DNA of 64,000 nt from the human T2T-CHM13v2.0 reference genome, Homo sapiens. The translations under genes and the position numbers were made by a program. The stretch lies in NCBI RefSeq assembly GCF_009914755.1, contig NC_060941.1; one strand, 5' to 3'. How positions within the stretch are numbered: the first letter of the stretch is position 1; every line of letters starts with the position of its first letter. Below the pieces are notes generated by a model, which made no database searches, had not been told where the DNA came from, and was given only the letters and a program-made list of their open reading frames with translations. Shown here in pieces: positions 24,696 through 39,369 of this stretch.

Positions 24696-25715
24696 CCCCC
24701 ATGCTGCTTCCTGAGAGTCTTTTTTTGCACTGTTGAAATTGGGCTTGGCACTCAAGTCAAAGATGAACATCGGAATAACAAACATTGTCCTCTCCAGAAA
24801 GTCCTTTCTTTCTCCATACTGTAGTCCTATTGAGAAGACATTTCGTCTCTGAGAAAAAAGGATGGAACTATGGGTTCTCTTCGCAAAGCCAAAGGATAGT
24901 GTTTAACAAGCCAGCTGGCTTATGCTGGTTCTCAGCTGTTTAAAAAAAAAAAAAAAAAGGAATAGAAACAGTTTCAACCAGATTGTCCTATTCCCCCTGT
25001 TCCATTCCCCTCTTCTTCCTTCTATCTCCTTCCCCGGCAAAAACCAAACAAACTGGCAGACAGGCCAGGGATGTATGTTGCTTGCTTGAGAGGGTTTCTT
25101 TTACTTCAAAATCTTTCTTCAGGGAGCAAGACATGAACTGACTAATTGGTATCCACTACTTGTACAGCTTACATAAATGAGTTGATGATATTTAACCAGT
25201 TTTTATAAACTTCATTTAGGTCTCTAAACACAGACTTTTTAAATTGCAACTGTAAATATGAAATGGTCATCACATCTGACCTTGGTCAGTGGGGAGGGGA
25301 ACTGGTATCCTGCCAAGCCTGGTTGTAATTTGTAACCATTTTCTATTTGTGCAAACTCTGTAAATATGTGTTTAAACAAATGTAATATTTTGTACAAGAT
25401 ACACTGGAGAACAAAGGGAACTCAAGATTCTTCCAGCCACATGTCACCTGTAGGTAGAAGTAAACTCTGCAGTGCAGCTTCTGCTCTTGGCCCCTCTGGC
25501 CAGGGCCCCTGTGGCTTCCTGCACACTGGACAGGTGACTGTATGGTAGAGACTGTGATCTGGGAACTTTTTGCTGTACAAATCTGTTTAAAAAAAAAAAA
25601 AAGTAACTCATTGAATTAACTTGCAGTGGTGTGTTTGATTCTTTTTTAGACTGGCTTCAGCATTGTGCAGTTTAAAAATAAGTAAGTAACTTACATAAAT
25701 CTTCAATTGTATGAA
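24696..25715 (+). other. AKAP1: AKAP1 3'UTR (3' end approximate)
   Basis: Repeat-free AU-rich sequence after the stop with many TGTA motifs; variant poly(A) hexamers (AATAAG ~25678, CATAAA 25694-25699) followed by T-rich sequence. Confidence 0.7.
25251..25366 (+). promoter_or_regulatory. Two Pumilio response elements TGTAAATA (25251-25258, 25359-25366) in the AKAP1 3'UTR
   Basis: Exact match to UGUANAUA; both lie in an identical CTGTAAATATG context. Confidence 0.55.
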
Positions 25716-25884
25716 CTGCAGCTTTGAGTCCATTTTTTTCCAGTGGTGAAGAATTGGCGGGGGGGGGTGGTGAGTGTGGCGAGCTGGATCACAGGCCCCA
25801 CACAACTGCCTCTGCAGGAGACCCATGGTTTTTTGAAGACAATTTGGCCAGAAATTTCTATCTGGCCTTTTCCTCTCTCTCCTT

Positions 25885-25903
25885 GTCCCACCAGGTGGCA
25901 GCC
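25885..25903 (+). promoter_or_regulatory. Candidate CTCF site (GTCCCACCAGGTGGCAGCC)
   Basis: Core CCACCAGGTGGCAG fits CCASYAGRKGGCRS. Confidence 0.6.
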
Positions 25904-27965
25904 AAGCGTCCTCCGACTTCTTCACTGCATGTTAACTGGCCAGACTCAGTTTAAAGCACTGGCTTCCAAAACGGGTTGTGCCTTCTTTGGTTGTCATTCT
26001 TAATAGATTCGTGAAGTTATTTAATTTACTGTAGTGATAAGAATGATGTAAAAAATACATGTAAGTTATGGGATGAGATACTGCCTCAATTTAATAGCCC
26101 CTGCTCTTAAAGAAGGCTGGCCACTGCAGCCCAGGCCTACCCCAGTGCCCCGCCCCTGCCCCCTACGTTTGAGGCCTCTGGCTGCAGGGCTGTTGAGCTT
26201 GAGCTCTAGTTTTTAGAGAGCTGACGTAGCCTGAGGGTCATTCTGATTGGAGATATCCTCCCACCGCACACCCACTCCTGGGAGCTCCTCCCAGTTCCAA
26301 CCCAGCTGGCTTGTTCTTTCCGTCTCTGTCCTGGCCAAGCCTGAGCTGTGGCCATTGTCAGGTGCCCATCTTCCCCTCCATCCAGGTTCTCGCCTGTGTG
26401 GTTAACAGCCTCTGTTTCCCTCATCTGTAAGATGAGATAACCTCATAAGGCAATTTAATCATGGAAATGCCCTCTGCTTCTACAGTGCTTGGTCCCAGGG
26501 AGCTCCCCTGCAGTTCCTTAGCCACTATTGGCTTTAAGTCCTGGCAGGAATTGGGTGTGACTTTGGCCAGGTCACCATACACCCAGGTCTAAGCTTTTCC
26601 TCTATAATCCAGCATTGCTGGAGCATGAAAAGGTCTACGGAAGCCTTCCGACTAACTTAGGGAATGCTCACAGAGCCTGGTGTGCAGATTTAGCTTTTAT
26701 CTCCAGGGAACCATTGAGGGGTTTCAAACATTAAAACATGCTTCTGGTGCAGGGAGAAGGGTGGGTGAGGTGGAGGTGTAGACATGAGAAAAAAGGGATT
26801 CCCCTGGGATGGAGCCTGGGACAGACAAGACGTGATGAAGTCAGGATCCTCAGATAAAGCCCCTTGGGCTTTGATGAGTGGGATGGGCTGCTACCCGGGA
26901 CTCCCACGCCTTAGAGTCCTACCCTGCAAGGGTGCCTCCATTAAACTCGGTTTGGAATGCTGGAGGAAGAGCAAGTTGGAGGCTGGTGAAGGACTTGTAC
27001 TCCTCGAATAAATGCTTCTCAGATTGTTGCCTTTGATTAATTTCCAGAGTTCTGAAAAACTTGACTTTTAACCATTTTGCCAGAAATCTCATTGTTCTTA
27101 AGGAGGAGCAGATTTATGAAGGTCCTCGCTCCATCCCTCTGCAAGTCAGCTGCCCGGGCAAGTGCATTTGAGACGCCCTCTTTTAATTACCTGTGGGGCA
27201 TCCAGGGGATGTCTTGGTGTGAATTGGAAACTCACGGGAGAAGCCAGTGCTGGCAAGAGATCTGGCAATCTGCCCAGGGTGTAGGGGAGAGGGGTGGAAT
27301 GCTGGATGCAGGAAGCTAGAGCTTCCACCCTGTTCTCATTATAGGCATTGGTGTCAGTACTGCCCCTCTGGTCTCTGGGGCATCACCATGGAGGCTGGGT
27401 TTTAGGGTTACTGCTATACCTTGTACAACTTCAGGTATGCCACTTGTAGACATCAACATCTGTCAGACGATAACTAATGTCAGTTCTAAGATAAAATGAG
27501 AGTTGTAGCTAGAGTTAGGGAGTGCTTACTGTGTCAGGTGCTGTCTCTTTTACAGGTAACACTGAGTCCTTGACACAACCCAGGGAGGCAGGGACTCCGT
27601 AGATGAGCAGACCCAAGAGGTAGAAGATGGTGATTTTGGAAAGTGGTTCGTGGATAGAGCAGAGCTGAAACTAAAAACCAGGCTGCTACCCCAGGCCAGG
27701 TGCTCTTCACCACCACCCCTAAAGCAGCGTGGATTCATCTTGCCCCAGTCCACATCCCCAAATAAATGCCACAGTGATTAAATGATCAGTCCATGGAAAA
27801 GCTTTGGAACTTAGAGTGGGAAAGATACCATGACAAGAGAGATCAATGATTTTGCTTTTATGGAAAATTTAAATCTTAAGTAACATAAAGCCAAGAGACA
27901 CCTGCAGCAGCTAGGGCCAGAGAGTGGACGTTTTGAATCCGTGATAACGTAAAACAAGGAAAACT

Positions 27966-28262
<297 letters not shown>

Positions 28263-28331
28263 GACAAATCTCTAAGTTTCCATTGGGAAATATCATAAAG
28301 GATGTGGATGGAAAATCTGGGTCTGTTCCTA

Positions 28332-28622
28332 GACCAGCAGTGGCCAATAGAAATATGTGAGCCACATCTGTAATTTAAAACTTTCTAGGAGCCACAGTTA
28401 AAAAGTGCAAAGAAACAGATGAAATTAATTTTCATAATACTTTAAGTCATATCATTTCAGCATGTAATGGATATGAAACATTAAGGAGTTGTTTTACAGT
28501 GTTTTTCCTACTAAGTCCAGTGTGCATTTGACACTTCAGCATATCTCTGTTCAGGCCGGCCACATTTCAAGGGCATGATAGCCACGTGTGGCTTGTGGCT
28601 ATCACGTTGGACAGTGTAGGCC
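28332..28622. mobile_element. MER33-like hAT-Charlie element
   Basis: ccaatagaaat...gccacatttcaag...gtggctatcacgttggacag. Confidence 0.65.
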
Positions 28623-28893
28623 TGGACTATTCCATTGATCACTATCACACTGATACTGACAGCCTTATTTATGTTCTTCCTTATTCAAAAAGTTGTATGT
28701 CCTTTTGCACATTTATTTTTCCAGATGAACTTTAGAATCATTTTGCAGGGAAGGGGGCCATACTAAATATTCTATTGGTATTTGAAAATAATGCACGCTA
28801 TTGAGTTGGTATAAAGTTTTATATAATCTATGAAGTTGGGTGTGTAAAATATTTGAATTTATTGTTTTCCTTTCTCGCCCTCTCCTTCCCTGG

Positions 28894-29196
28894 TTTTTTT
28901 TTTTTTTTTAAATACAGGGTCTCGATCTGCTGCCCAGACTGGAGTGCAGTGGTGCAGTCAGCTCATTGCAGCCTCGAACTCCCTGACTCAAGCAATCCTC
29001 CCTCCTCAGCCTCCTGAGCAGCTGGGAGCACAGGCGCATGCCACCACACCGAACTAATTTGTTTTTTCATTGTTTTTGTAGAGATGAGGTCTTGCCATGT
29101 TGCCCAGGCTGGTCTTGATCTCCTGGCCTCAAGCGATCTCCGCTGCCTCAGCCCCCAAAGTGCTGGGATTACAGACACAAGACACTGCACCCAGCC
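28894..29196 (-). mobile_element. AluJ
   Basis: Diverged Alu. Confidence 0.85.
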
Positions 29197-30370
29197 CTGA
29201 AATTGTTGTCAGAGCATGTATGAGACCTTGTACATCAACATATTTTTTTGTAGTTTGGCTGGGCATCTCTGGTAGACTGGATGTCTCCTTGCCAAAAATT
29301 CTGTCTTCCTCACGGTAGGATTGTACATCCTACTGTGTTTTGTTGGACTCAGGCATGGACTCATCCTGGTCAGTGGAAGATGGGTAAAGGTGGCACAAGT
29401 CACCAAGGCAGATGCCTTGAGCCAGTATGTGGTTCGCTTGTCTTCTCCCTCTGCACCAGCGTCAGCTACATGCCAGGTAGATACCCATCCACCCACCTGG
29501 GTCCCAGTGTGAAGATAACGTGGAACAGGGCTGCAGCCAGCTCTCAATGGGTGTGTGGTTTGTGAAACATCTCACATGAGCCTCTGAGGTTTGGGGCTTG
29601 TGTGTTCCCCATGGCCTGTCATTCTAGGGTCCCACACCTTTCCTCCAAGGGCTCAGAGCTCTGGCCATAGAAGCTGCCAGGGTACCATGTTCTTATGCCT
29701 GACTGGGGACAAGCTCCTCGCCCTCTCTTCTCATAACCCCCTCTGTAAACAGTGGGGGTGAATTAGGTGAGTGCTGACATGCTTGCCAGGTTTGACTTTT
29801 GACTGATCTGTGAATAAGAGCCTTCCTGAAGATTCCTCTTAATGAGGCTGACTTGTATTTTTACAAAGCAAATCATCTAAGAGAGATCTTGGCTGTTTCT
29901 TGTTAGAAATAGGCCCAACTGACATCTGGTGGGGACAGACGGTATTTGAGAAGCCCTGATGCTCTGGGCAAGGAAGGCGGATACCTCCTACCTGGAGCTG
30001 GGATGGATTTCTTGTCTTTCACCAGCCTCCCTGGCTTGGTGACAGGCAGGAGCTCTGACTGCTCCCACTGATTTCTTTCTCTCCATTGAGCACCTGCTGT
30101 ATGCCAAGCATCCTGCTGGGGGCTTCAAAGATGAAACAAACATTGAGCCTTTAGGGAGCTTCTCTGTTTTGGGAGTGGGGTTTGATGATCTCGGTGCAGA
30201 TGGTGCTTTCCTGAGTGGGTGCCTTCTCCCACTTTGTAATGGGATCCTGGCAATTGCTGGTGAGGTAGGAAGGAAACTGAGGCTTCAAATCAGCAGAGCC
30301 AGACTTGAACCGGGTCTTCTGCACTCCAGACTCTGTCTTTGCTTGCATGTGATGCCTCTGCTTCTCTTTA

Positions 30371-30904
<534 letters not shown>

Positions 30905-31182
30905 GTGAGAGGATGACATCATCACAGGAAGCTGTCTGTGAAAACATCACTTATAGAAGTCCTGTCTTTTTCATCTTTTAATAGGTAATAAACACATAAT
31001 ACATGATTCCAAAGATACTTAAGGATAACCAGAAAAAAGGAAATCTTCCTGTTTCCCCCAGACACCCAGATTTTCTCTCTGGAGGACACTATATCTAGTT
31101 TCTTGTGTTTCTTACCAGAGGTTCAATCCCTGCACACCCAGCACACATAGATGATAGCATAACATAAACAGGGTCACACACT

Positions 31183-31352
31183 AGGCCGGGGTTTGTCAAT
31201 AAAGTTTTATTGGAACAGGCATGACCATTTGTTTACGTATTGCCTGTGGCTGTGTTTGTGCTACAGCCACAGAGGTGAGTACCTACAATAGACTGGATGC
31301 CCTGCAAAGCCAAAAATATCTAGTTTTTCACAGAAAGTTTGCTGGCCCCTGC
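31183..31352 (+). mobile_element. MER58A-like fragment
   Basis: aataaagttttattggaacag...cagaaagtttgctggcccctg. Confidence 0.7.
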
Positions 31353-31449
31353 TGGAAACACTCGTGTGCAATTCCTAACCCCCACCACCCTCCATTTAAT
31401 CAAACTTAAATGCAGCTTTGATATTTATTTGCCTCTTTTCCAACCATGA

Positions 31450-31804
<355 letters not shown>

Positions 31805-32510
31805 TGATGATAGTAGGCAGCTCTGTGCCTTGTAGACCTCCTTCCTGGTACCTGCCTTGTTCCTGGTAGAGTGATCAGGCACAGAACCCTCCACCCCCAG
31901 AGGGTGGGCAGTCTTCTCAGGATAGACTGGGAAGACCCTCTTTAGACAGCAGTGTGGTCCAGGAACCTGCAGCGCTGGCAGCTCCTGGGAGCAGAATCTC
32001 AGGCTCCACCCTCCTGAATCCTCATTTTTGTGACTCCCAGGCTATTCATACATTCATCAAAGTTTGAACACTTGATGAGCCCAGGGCATGGATGTTCAAC
32101 CCTGGCTGCATATTGGAATCATTCTGAAAACTACTGATGCCTTCGCAGGACATGCTTAAGTTATGGCTAAAAAAACAACAACAACAACAAAAAACGTTTA
32201 AATGACTTGATGCCAGAGACCTGTTTTCAAAGACACGGATTTAATTGGTCTGGGCTACACCCTGGGCACTGGGAGAGATTTAGAAAAAGTATTACCTTTG
32301 GAGTGTAACGTGTACACCAAAGCACACCAAGTGCACACATCTTGAGTGTAGATCATGATGCATTTTCACAAACTTGTGCATCTGGGTAACCATCACCAGA
32401 GGAAGTTAAAGGAACATTTCTAGGATCCCAGGAGTTGACCTCATGCCCTTGTTTAGTCAATACCTTGTCCCCTAGGGAACTGTAATTTTATCGCTGTAAG
32501 ATTAATTTTC

Positions 32511-32892
<382 letters not shown>

Positions 32893-33015
32893 TCACCGTT
32901 TTGCCTGAGATGGCACGTACCTCAGCTCTCTTGTGTGCATCCCACTGTATGAATATACTACAATTTATTTACCCATTCTTTGATGTTCATTGAGGTTTCT
33001 GGTTTTAGGCTGTAA

Positions 33016-33461
<446 letters not shown>

Positions 33462-33515
33462 TAAAGCTCACCAGGTGATTCTGATTTGCTGCTGGAATCA
33501 AGAATCCCTGTTCCC

Positions 33516-33820
33516 AGCTGGGCACAGTGGCTCAAGCCTGTAATCCCAGCACTTTGGGAGGCTTAGGTGGGCAGATCACCTGAGGTCAGGAGTTCAAGAC
33601 CACCCTGGCCAACATGGTAAAACCCTGTCTCTACTAAAAGTACAAAAATTAGCCAGGCATGGTGGCAGGTGCCGATAATCTCAGCTACTTGAGAAGCTGA
33701 GGCAGGAGAATAGCTTGAACTCGGAGGGTGGAGGTTGCGGTGAGCTGAGATCGCACCACTTCACTCCAGCCTGGGTGAAAGAGTGAAACTCCATCTCAAA
33801 AAAAAAAAAAAAAAAAAAAA
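33516..33820 (+). mobile_element. AluS
   Basis: Full Alu with poly-A. Confidence 0.9.
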
Positions 33821-34554
33821 TCCTTGCTCTAGAGAGATGGCTGTCAACTCATGCTGCCAAGTGCTGCTCTGAGGGCAGTGGTTGAGCTCTTCCAGCAGCC
33901 GTTCTGTGAGTTTCCTCAGTAGCCTTCCAATAAATCCCTAATCCATTTCTGTTGCTTGCCACCAATGAGCCCTATCCAACCAGACACACAGTTCCAGTAC
34001 AACTCCCACCCGGCCCTCCGGTTCAGTGTTTACATCTCTTCCTATTATCACTGTTGATTGGATTTCAGTCTCAACCTCCTGTCTCCCCTGCCAGAGCCCT
34101 CAATATCTGCTGCCGCCTAGCTCAGACTCTTGACAAAATTCTTTCTTCTGTGTTCTCCGGGTCATTTTGAATACGGCCATCTGAATATATGAACGTGGTA
34201 GTGGGAGTCGGAGATTCACAACACCCTCTCTATCTTGAGACTACTAACATAGGGTTGATGTGAGGCTGAAATGGCCTAGAGCATGTAAAGCTCTTACCAC
34301 AAGGCCTGGCATATAGAAATTACTCAATAAATGATGCCTGAATGCAGGTGACTTCCATCGTCACAGAAAGTTTTAATGGACTGCATTCCACTATCCAATA
34401 GGGTAGCCATTGGCCATCTGGGGCTATTGAGCATTTGAACCGTGACTTGTCTGAATTGAGAAGTGTTATAAATATAAAATATACACCTTATAAGAAAAAT
34501 AATAATTACACATTGAAATATTATTTTGGACATTGCGGGTTAAATAAAACATAG

Positions 34555-34770
<216 letters not shown>

Positions 34771-35513
34771 GTTACACTTGTTTTTTTAAAGGGTGGCTAG
34801 TGGACATGCTAAGATCACATGTGTGCCTCTTAGTCCTGTTGGACAGCATGGGGTGGAGGAACATCATTATAGGAGGTCATACCCTTTCAGACAGTGTTTC
34901 TCAAATGAGGGAGCTCAGGCCATTAGCCTCAGTTTACCTGGAGTGCTTGTTAAAAAAAGCAAAGTGCTGGGACCTGGACTCTACATTTTCAATAAGCCTC
35001 CCAGGCTAAACTCATGCCCACTGCTCCTATAACTAGGGATCATTTGATTTTACTCATAAACAGGCATGCTCCCTTGCTTTAGGTTGTGAATTGATGGAAT
35101 CCTTGTTTCCTACGTTGACTTGGCTGCTAGGAAGTGTTCGGGACTAAGTTTTTGGTTAAGTTAGGGTTTAATTATTGTGTAATCTGGGTGGCTGTGTTGC
35201 TGTCTTCCAATGTCTTGCCTTAGGCTGGAAGTATCCCGAGGACAAATACCAAAGTCTATTTGCACAGTTGAAAGTTTCTCGCCTTAAAACAGCCGTCTTC
35301 CAGTCTCAGTTCTGTCGCTGTGGGACTTTGGGCAGGACACAGTCTGTAAAGATCCCATTCTCTTGTGGTTGTTCAGAGTATGAAAAGTGATCATTTATCT
35401 TCAATAAAACACTTACTTAAAAAAATAGAGATGATAAAGGTGAAGGCGCTTGGAGAGGGCTAGATTTCAGGGTTACTCAATGCACACAGCACAGATTGCT
35501 GCCACTGTGTCTT

Positions 35514-35532
35514 AGACCACTAGATGGCGCCA
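35514..35532 (+). promoter_or_regulatory. Candidate CTCF site (AGACCACTAGATGGCGCCA)
   Basis: Core CCACTAGATGGCGC fits CCASYAGRKGGCRS. Confidence 0.7.
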
Positions 35533-35794
35533 CAGCACAAGCTACTGGAAGTGTCCTCCCCGCCTTCCACCTCCCCCCACCCCCACCCCGCACCCAGTAG
35601 TTAGAACAGCCGTCCTCCAAGCGATCTTATTATTAGAACTTAATAGAAACGCACATTCTCAGGTCCTCCCCCAGACCTCCTGAATCCAAACTCTTTTAAC
35701 ACACTGTCCTGATGCACACTTAAGTTTGAAAATCACGGTCCTAGAATCAGCCTCTGGGTAACTTGGGAAGAAGTGAGCAGGAAGCGGTGAAATA

Positions 35795-37750
35795 GAGGGT
35801 GGGCCGGCTGCAGGGGGTGAGGGTGGGTGTGCTGGAGCGGGTGAGGATGGGCCGGCTGGAGGGGGTGAGGGTGGGCGTGCTGGAGGGGGTGAGGGTGGGT
35901 GTGCTGGAGGGGGTGAGGGTGGGTGTGCTGGAGGGGGTGAGGATGGGCCGGCTGGAGGGGGTGAGGGTGGGCGTGCTGGAGCGGGTGAGGATGGGCCGGC
36001 TGGAGGGGGTGAGGGTGGGCGTGCTGGAGGGGGTGAGGGTGGGTGTGCTGGAGGGGGTGAGGGTGGGCGTGCTGGAGGGGGTGAGGGTGGGCGTGCTGGA
36101 GGGGGTGAGGGTGGGCGTGCTGGAGCGGGTGAGGGTGGGCCGGCTGGAGGGGGTGAGGGTGGGCGTGCTGGAGGGGGTGAGGGTGGGCGTGCTGGAGGGG
36201 ATGAGGGTGGGTGTGTTGGAGGGGGTGAGGGTGGGCGTGCTGGAGGGGGTGAGGGTGGGTGTGCTGGAGGGGGTGAGGGTGGGTGTGCTGGAGCGGGTGA
36301 GGATGGGCCGGCTGGAGGGGGTGAGGGTGGGCGTGCTGGAGGGGGTGAGGGTGGGTGTGCTGGAGGGGGTGAGGGTGGGTGTGCTGGAGGGGGTGAGGGT
36401 GGGTGTGTTGGAGGGGGTGAGGGTGGGTGTGTTGGAGGGGGTGAGGGTGGGTGTGCTGGAGGGGGTGAGGGTGGGCCGGCTGGAGGGGGTGAGGGTGGGC
36501 ATGCTGGAGCGGGTGAGGATGGGCCGGCTGGAGGGGGTGAGGGTGGGCGTGCTGGAGGGGGTGAGGGTGGGTGTGCTGGAGGGGGTGAGGGTGGGCGTGC
36601 TGGAGGGGGTGAGGGTGGGCGTGCTGGAGGGGGTGAGGGTGGGCGTGCTGGAGCGGGTGAGGGTGGGCCGGCTGGAGGGGGTGAGGGTGGGTGTGCTGGA
36701 GCGGGTGAGGGTGGGCGGGCTGGAGGGGGTGAGGGTGGGCGTGCTGGAGGGGGTGAGGGTGGGCGTGCTGGAGGGGGTGAGGGTGGGTGTGTTGGAGGGG
36801 GTGAGGGTGGGTGTGCTGGAGGGGGTGAGGGTGGGTGTGCTGGAGGGGGTGAGGGTGGGCCGGCTGGAGGGGGTGAGGGTGGGTGTGCTGGAGCGGGTGA
36901 GGGTGGGCCGGCTGGAGGGGGTGAGGGTGGGTGTGCTGGAGGGGGTGAGGGTGGGTGTGCTGGAGCGGGTGAGGATGGGCCGGCTGGAGGGGGTGAGGGT
37001 GGGCGTGCTGGAGGGGGTGAGGGTGGGTGTGCTGGAGGGGGTGAGGGTGGGTGTGCTGGAGGGGGTGAGGGTGGGTGTGCTGGAGGGGGTGAGGGTGGGT
37101 GTGCTGGAGGGGGTGAGGGTGGGTGTGCTGGAGGGGGTGAGGGTGGGTGTGTTGGAGGGGGTGAGGGTGGGTGTGCTGGAGGGGGTGAGGGTGGGCCGGC
37201 TGGAGGGGGTGAGGGTGGGCATGCTGGAGCGGGTGAGGATGGGCCGGCTGGAGGGGGTGAGGGTGGGCGTGCTGGAGGGGGTGAGGGTGGGTGTGCTGGA
37301 GGGGGTGAGGGTGGGCGTGCTGGAGGGGGTGAGGGTGGGCGTGCTGGAGGGGGTGAGGGTGGGCGTGCTGGAGGGGGTGAGGGTGGGCGTGCTGGAGCGG
37401 GTGAGGATGGGCCGGCTGGAGGGGGTGAGGGTGGGCGTGCTGGAGGGGGTGAGGGTGGGTGTGCTGGAGGGGGTGAGGATGGGCTGGCTGGAGGGGGTGA
37501 GGGTGGGCGTGCTGGAGGGGGTGAGGGTGGGCGTGCTGGAGGGGGTGAGGGTGGGTGTGTTGGAGGGGGTGAGGGTGGGTGTGCTGGAGGGGGTGAGGGT
37601 GGGTGTGTTGGAGGGGGTGAGGGTGGGTGTGCTGCAGGGGGTGAGGGTGGGTGTGCTGCAGGGGGTGAGGGTGGGTGTGTTGGAGGGGGTGAGGGTGGGC
37701 GGGCTGGAGGGGGTGAGGGTGGGTGTGCTGCAGGGGGTGAGGGAGGGTGG
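35795..37750. repeat. G-rich minisatellite (VNTR), 24-bp unit GAGGGGGTGAGGGTGGGYGTGCTG, ~81 copies
   Basis: Directly visible; 8-aa periodicity in the spurious ORFs (EGVRVGVL / PHPLQHTH). Confidence 0.98.
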
Positions 37751-38874
37751 ACTGAGGAAGGGCTGCTGAGTGAAGGTCACAGTGCAAGAACAATTCCACA
37801 GCGCTTGTCCCAATCAGGGAACCTTTAAGGAACAAGATATCGGATGGCAATTTTGTATTTTCCTTTTTAGGTAAGACATATCCAATGCTGTCAGCTGGAT
37901 AGAGGGAAAGGAGGGGTTACTAGGGGACCCACAACTTAGGGGCAAGGTCTTGGACCAGGAGCAGAAACACAGGGGCTGGCTGAGTGCTGCAGGGAGCCCT
38001 CAGCCAACCTGTGTCCCCACTCTGGCTGCTTGTCTCTGCCTGTTGAGATTTCACCAAACTACCACTGTGTTAATGGACTAGAATCTTGCAACCCTCTCTA
38101 GATGACCCAGGAAAATGGATGCTCAGAAATCAAAAAGAAGCTTGAGACTGCATGGAAAAATCACTAGTGAATTAAAATCTTATTTCTGTTTTTTTCAATC
38201 CTGTCTGTATCCTAAGAAAAAGCTGGTGCCGGAATGAACGCGTATCTTTTTGTTGTTGTTTTGACACTGACAAAAATTCCTTTTGCAGATGGCTACTGAG
38301 GCTTCAAAGGGGCAATGTATCATGCAAATAATTTTTTTCAGCTATGACGTGTACAGTTCAGTTTGATTTATTTTTGATGTCAGAAACAAAATGGAAAGTT
38401 AGCGCTTTAAAAATGAGCGTGGCTGGCTGAATAAATAAATAATATGCTCTTGGCCAGAATCTGCCAGTGCCTCCTTAATTGTCCATTGATTCTTTAATTC
38501 TCTGCACTTTAACATCTACGGAAATTAAGAGGCCACAGAGCATGGAGATGTCTTTTGTTAAACAAATTAAGGAAACTGGGTTTTAGAAGGTTTAGTTCTT
38601 CCTCGGGCTTTGACCTAGCATTTAAAGGCGGGAAGCAAAGTTGCCCAGTGAAAGCCAGTTGCCCTCCGTGGTTTCTTCTGGAGCACGACTGTACTCTCAC
38701 CTTGTTTTTCCAGCCATGAATATTTATAGCGTGTCCTCAGGCCACGTACATATAGAACATGGTGTGACTCAGAGAGCAACGGAGACCCTGAGCATCCCTC
38801 CTGTCAATTACTGGGAGGTATGGAGGTGGCCTGGTGTGGCTTCCCTCCGGAAGATGCTGGTTCCCATGTTTTAG

Positions 38875-39369
<495 letters not shown>

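Noticed and set aside
24908-24921. 14-bp palindrome AAGCCAGCTGGCTT in the 3'UTR
   Set aside because: About four such palindromes are expected by chance in 64 kb.
35733-37850. Three long ORFs (705, 688 and 656 aa)
   Set aside because: They are translations of the 24-bp minisatellite, whose unit has a stop in only one of six frames. There is no splice, promoter or codon evidence.
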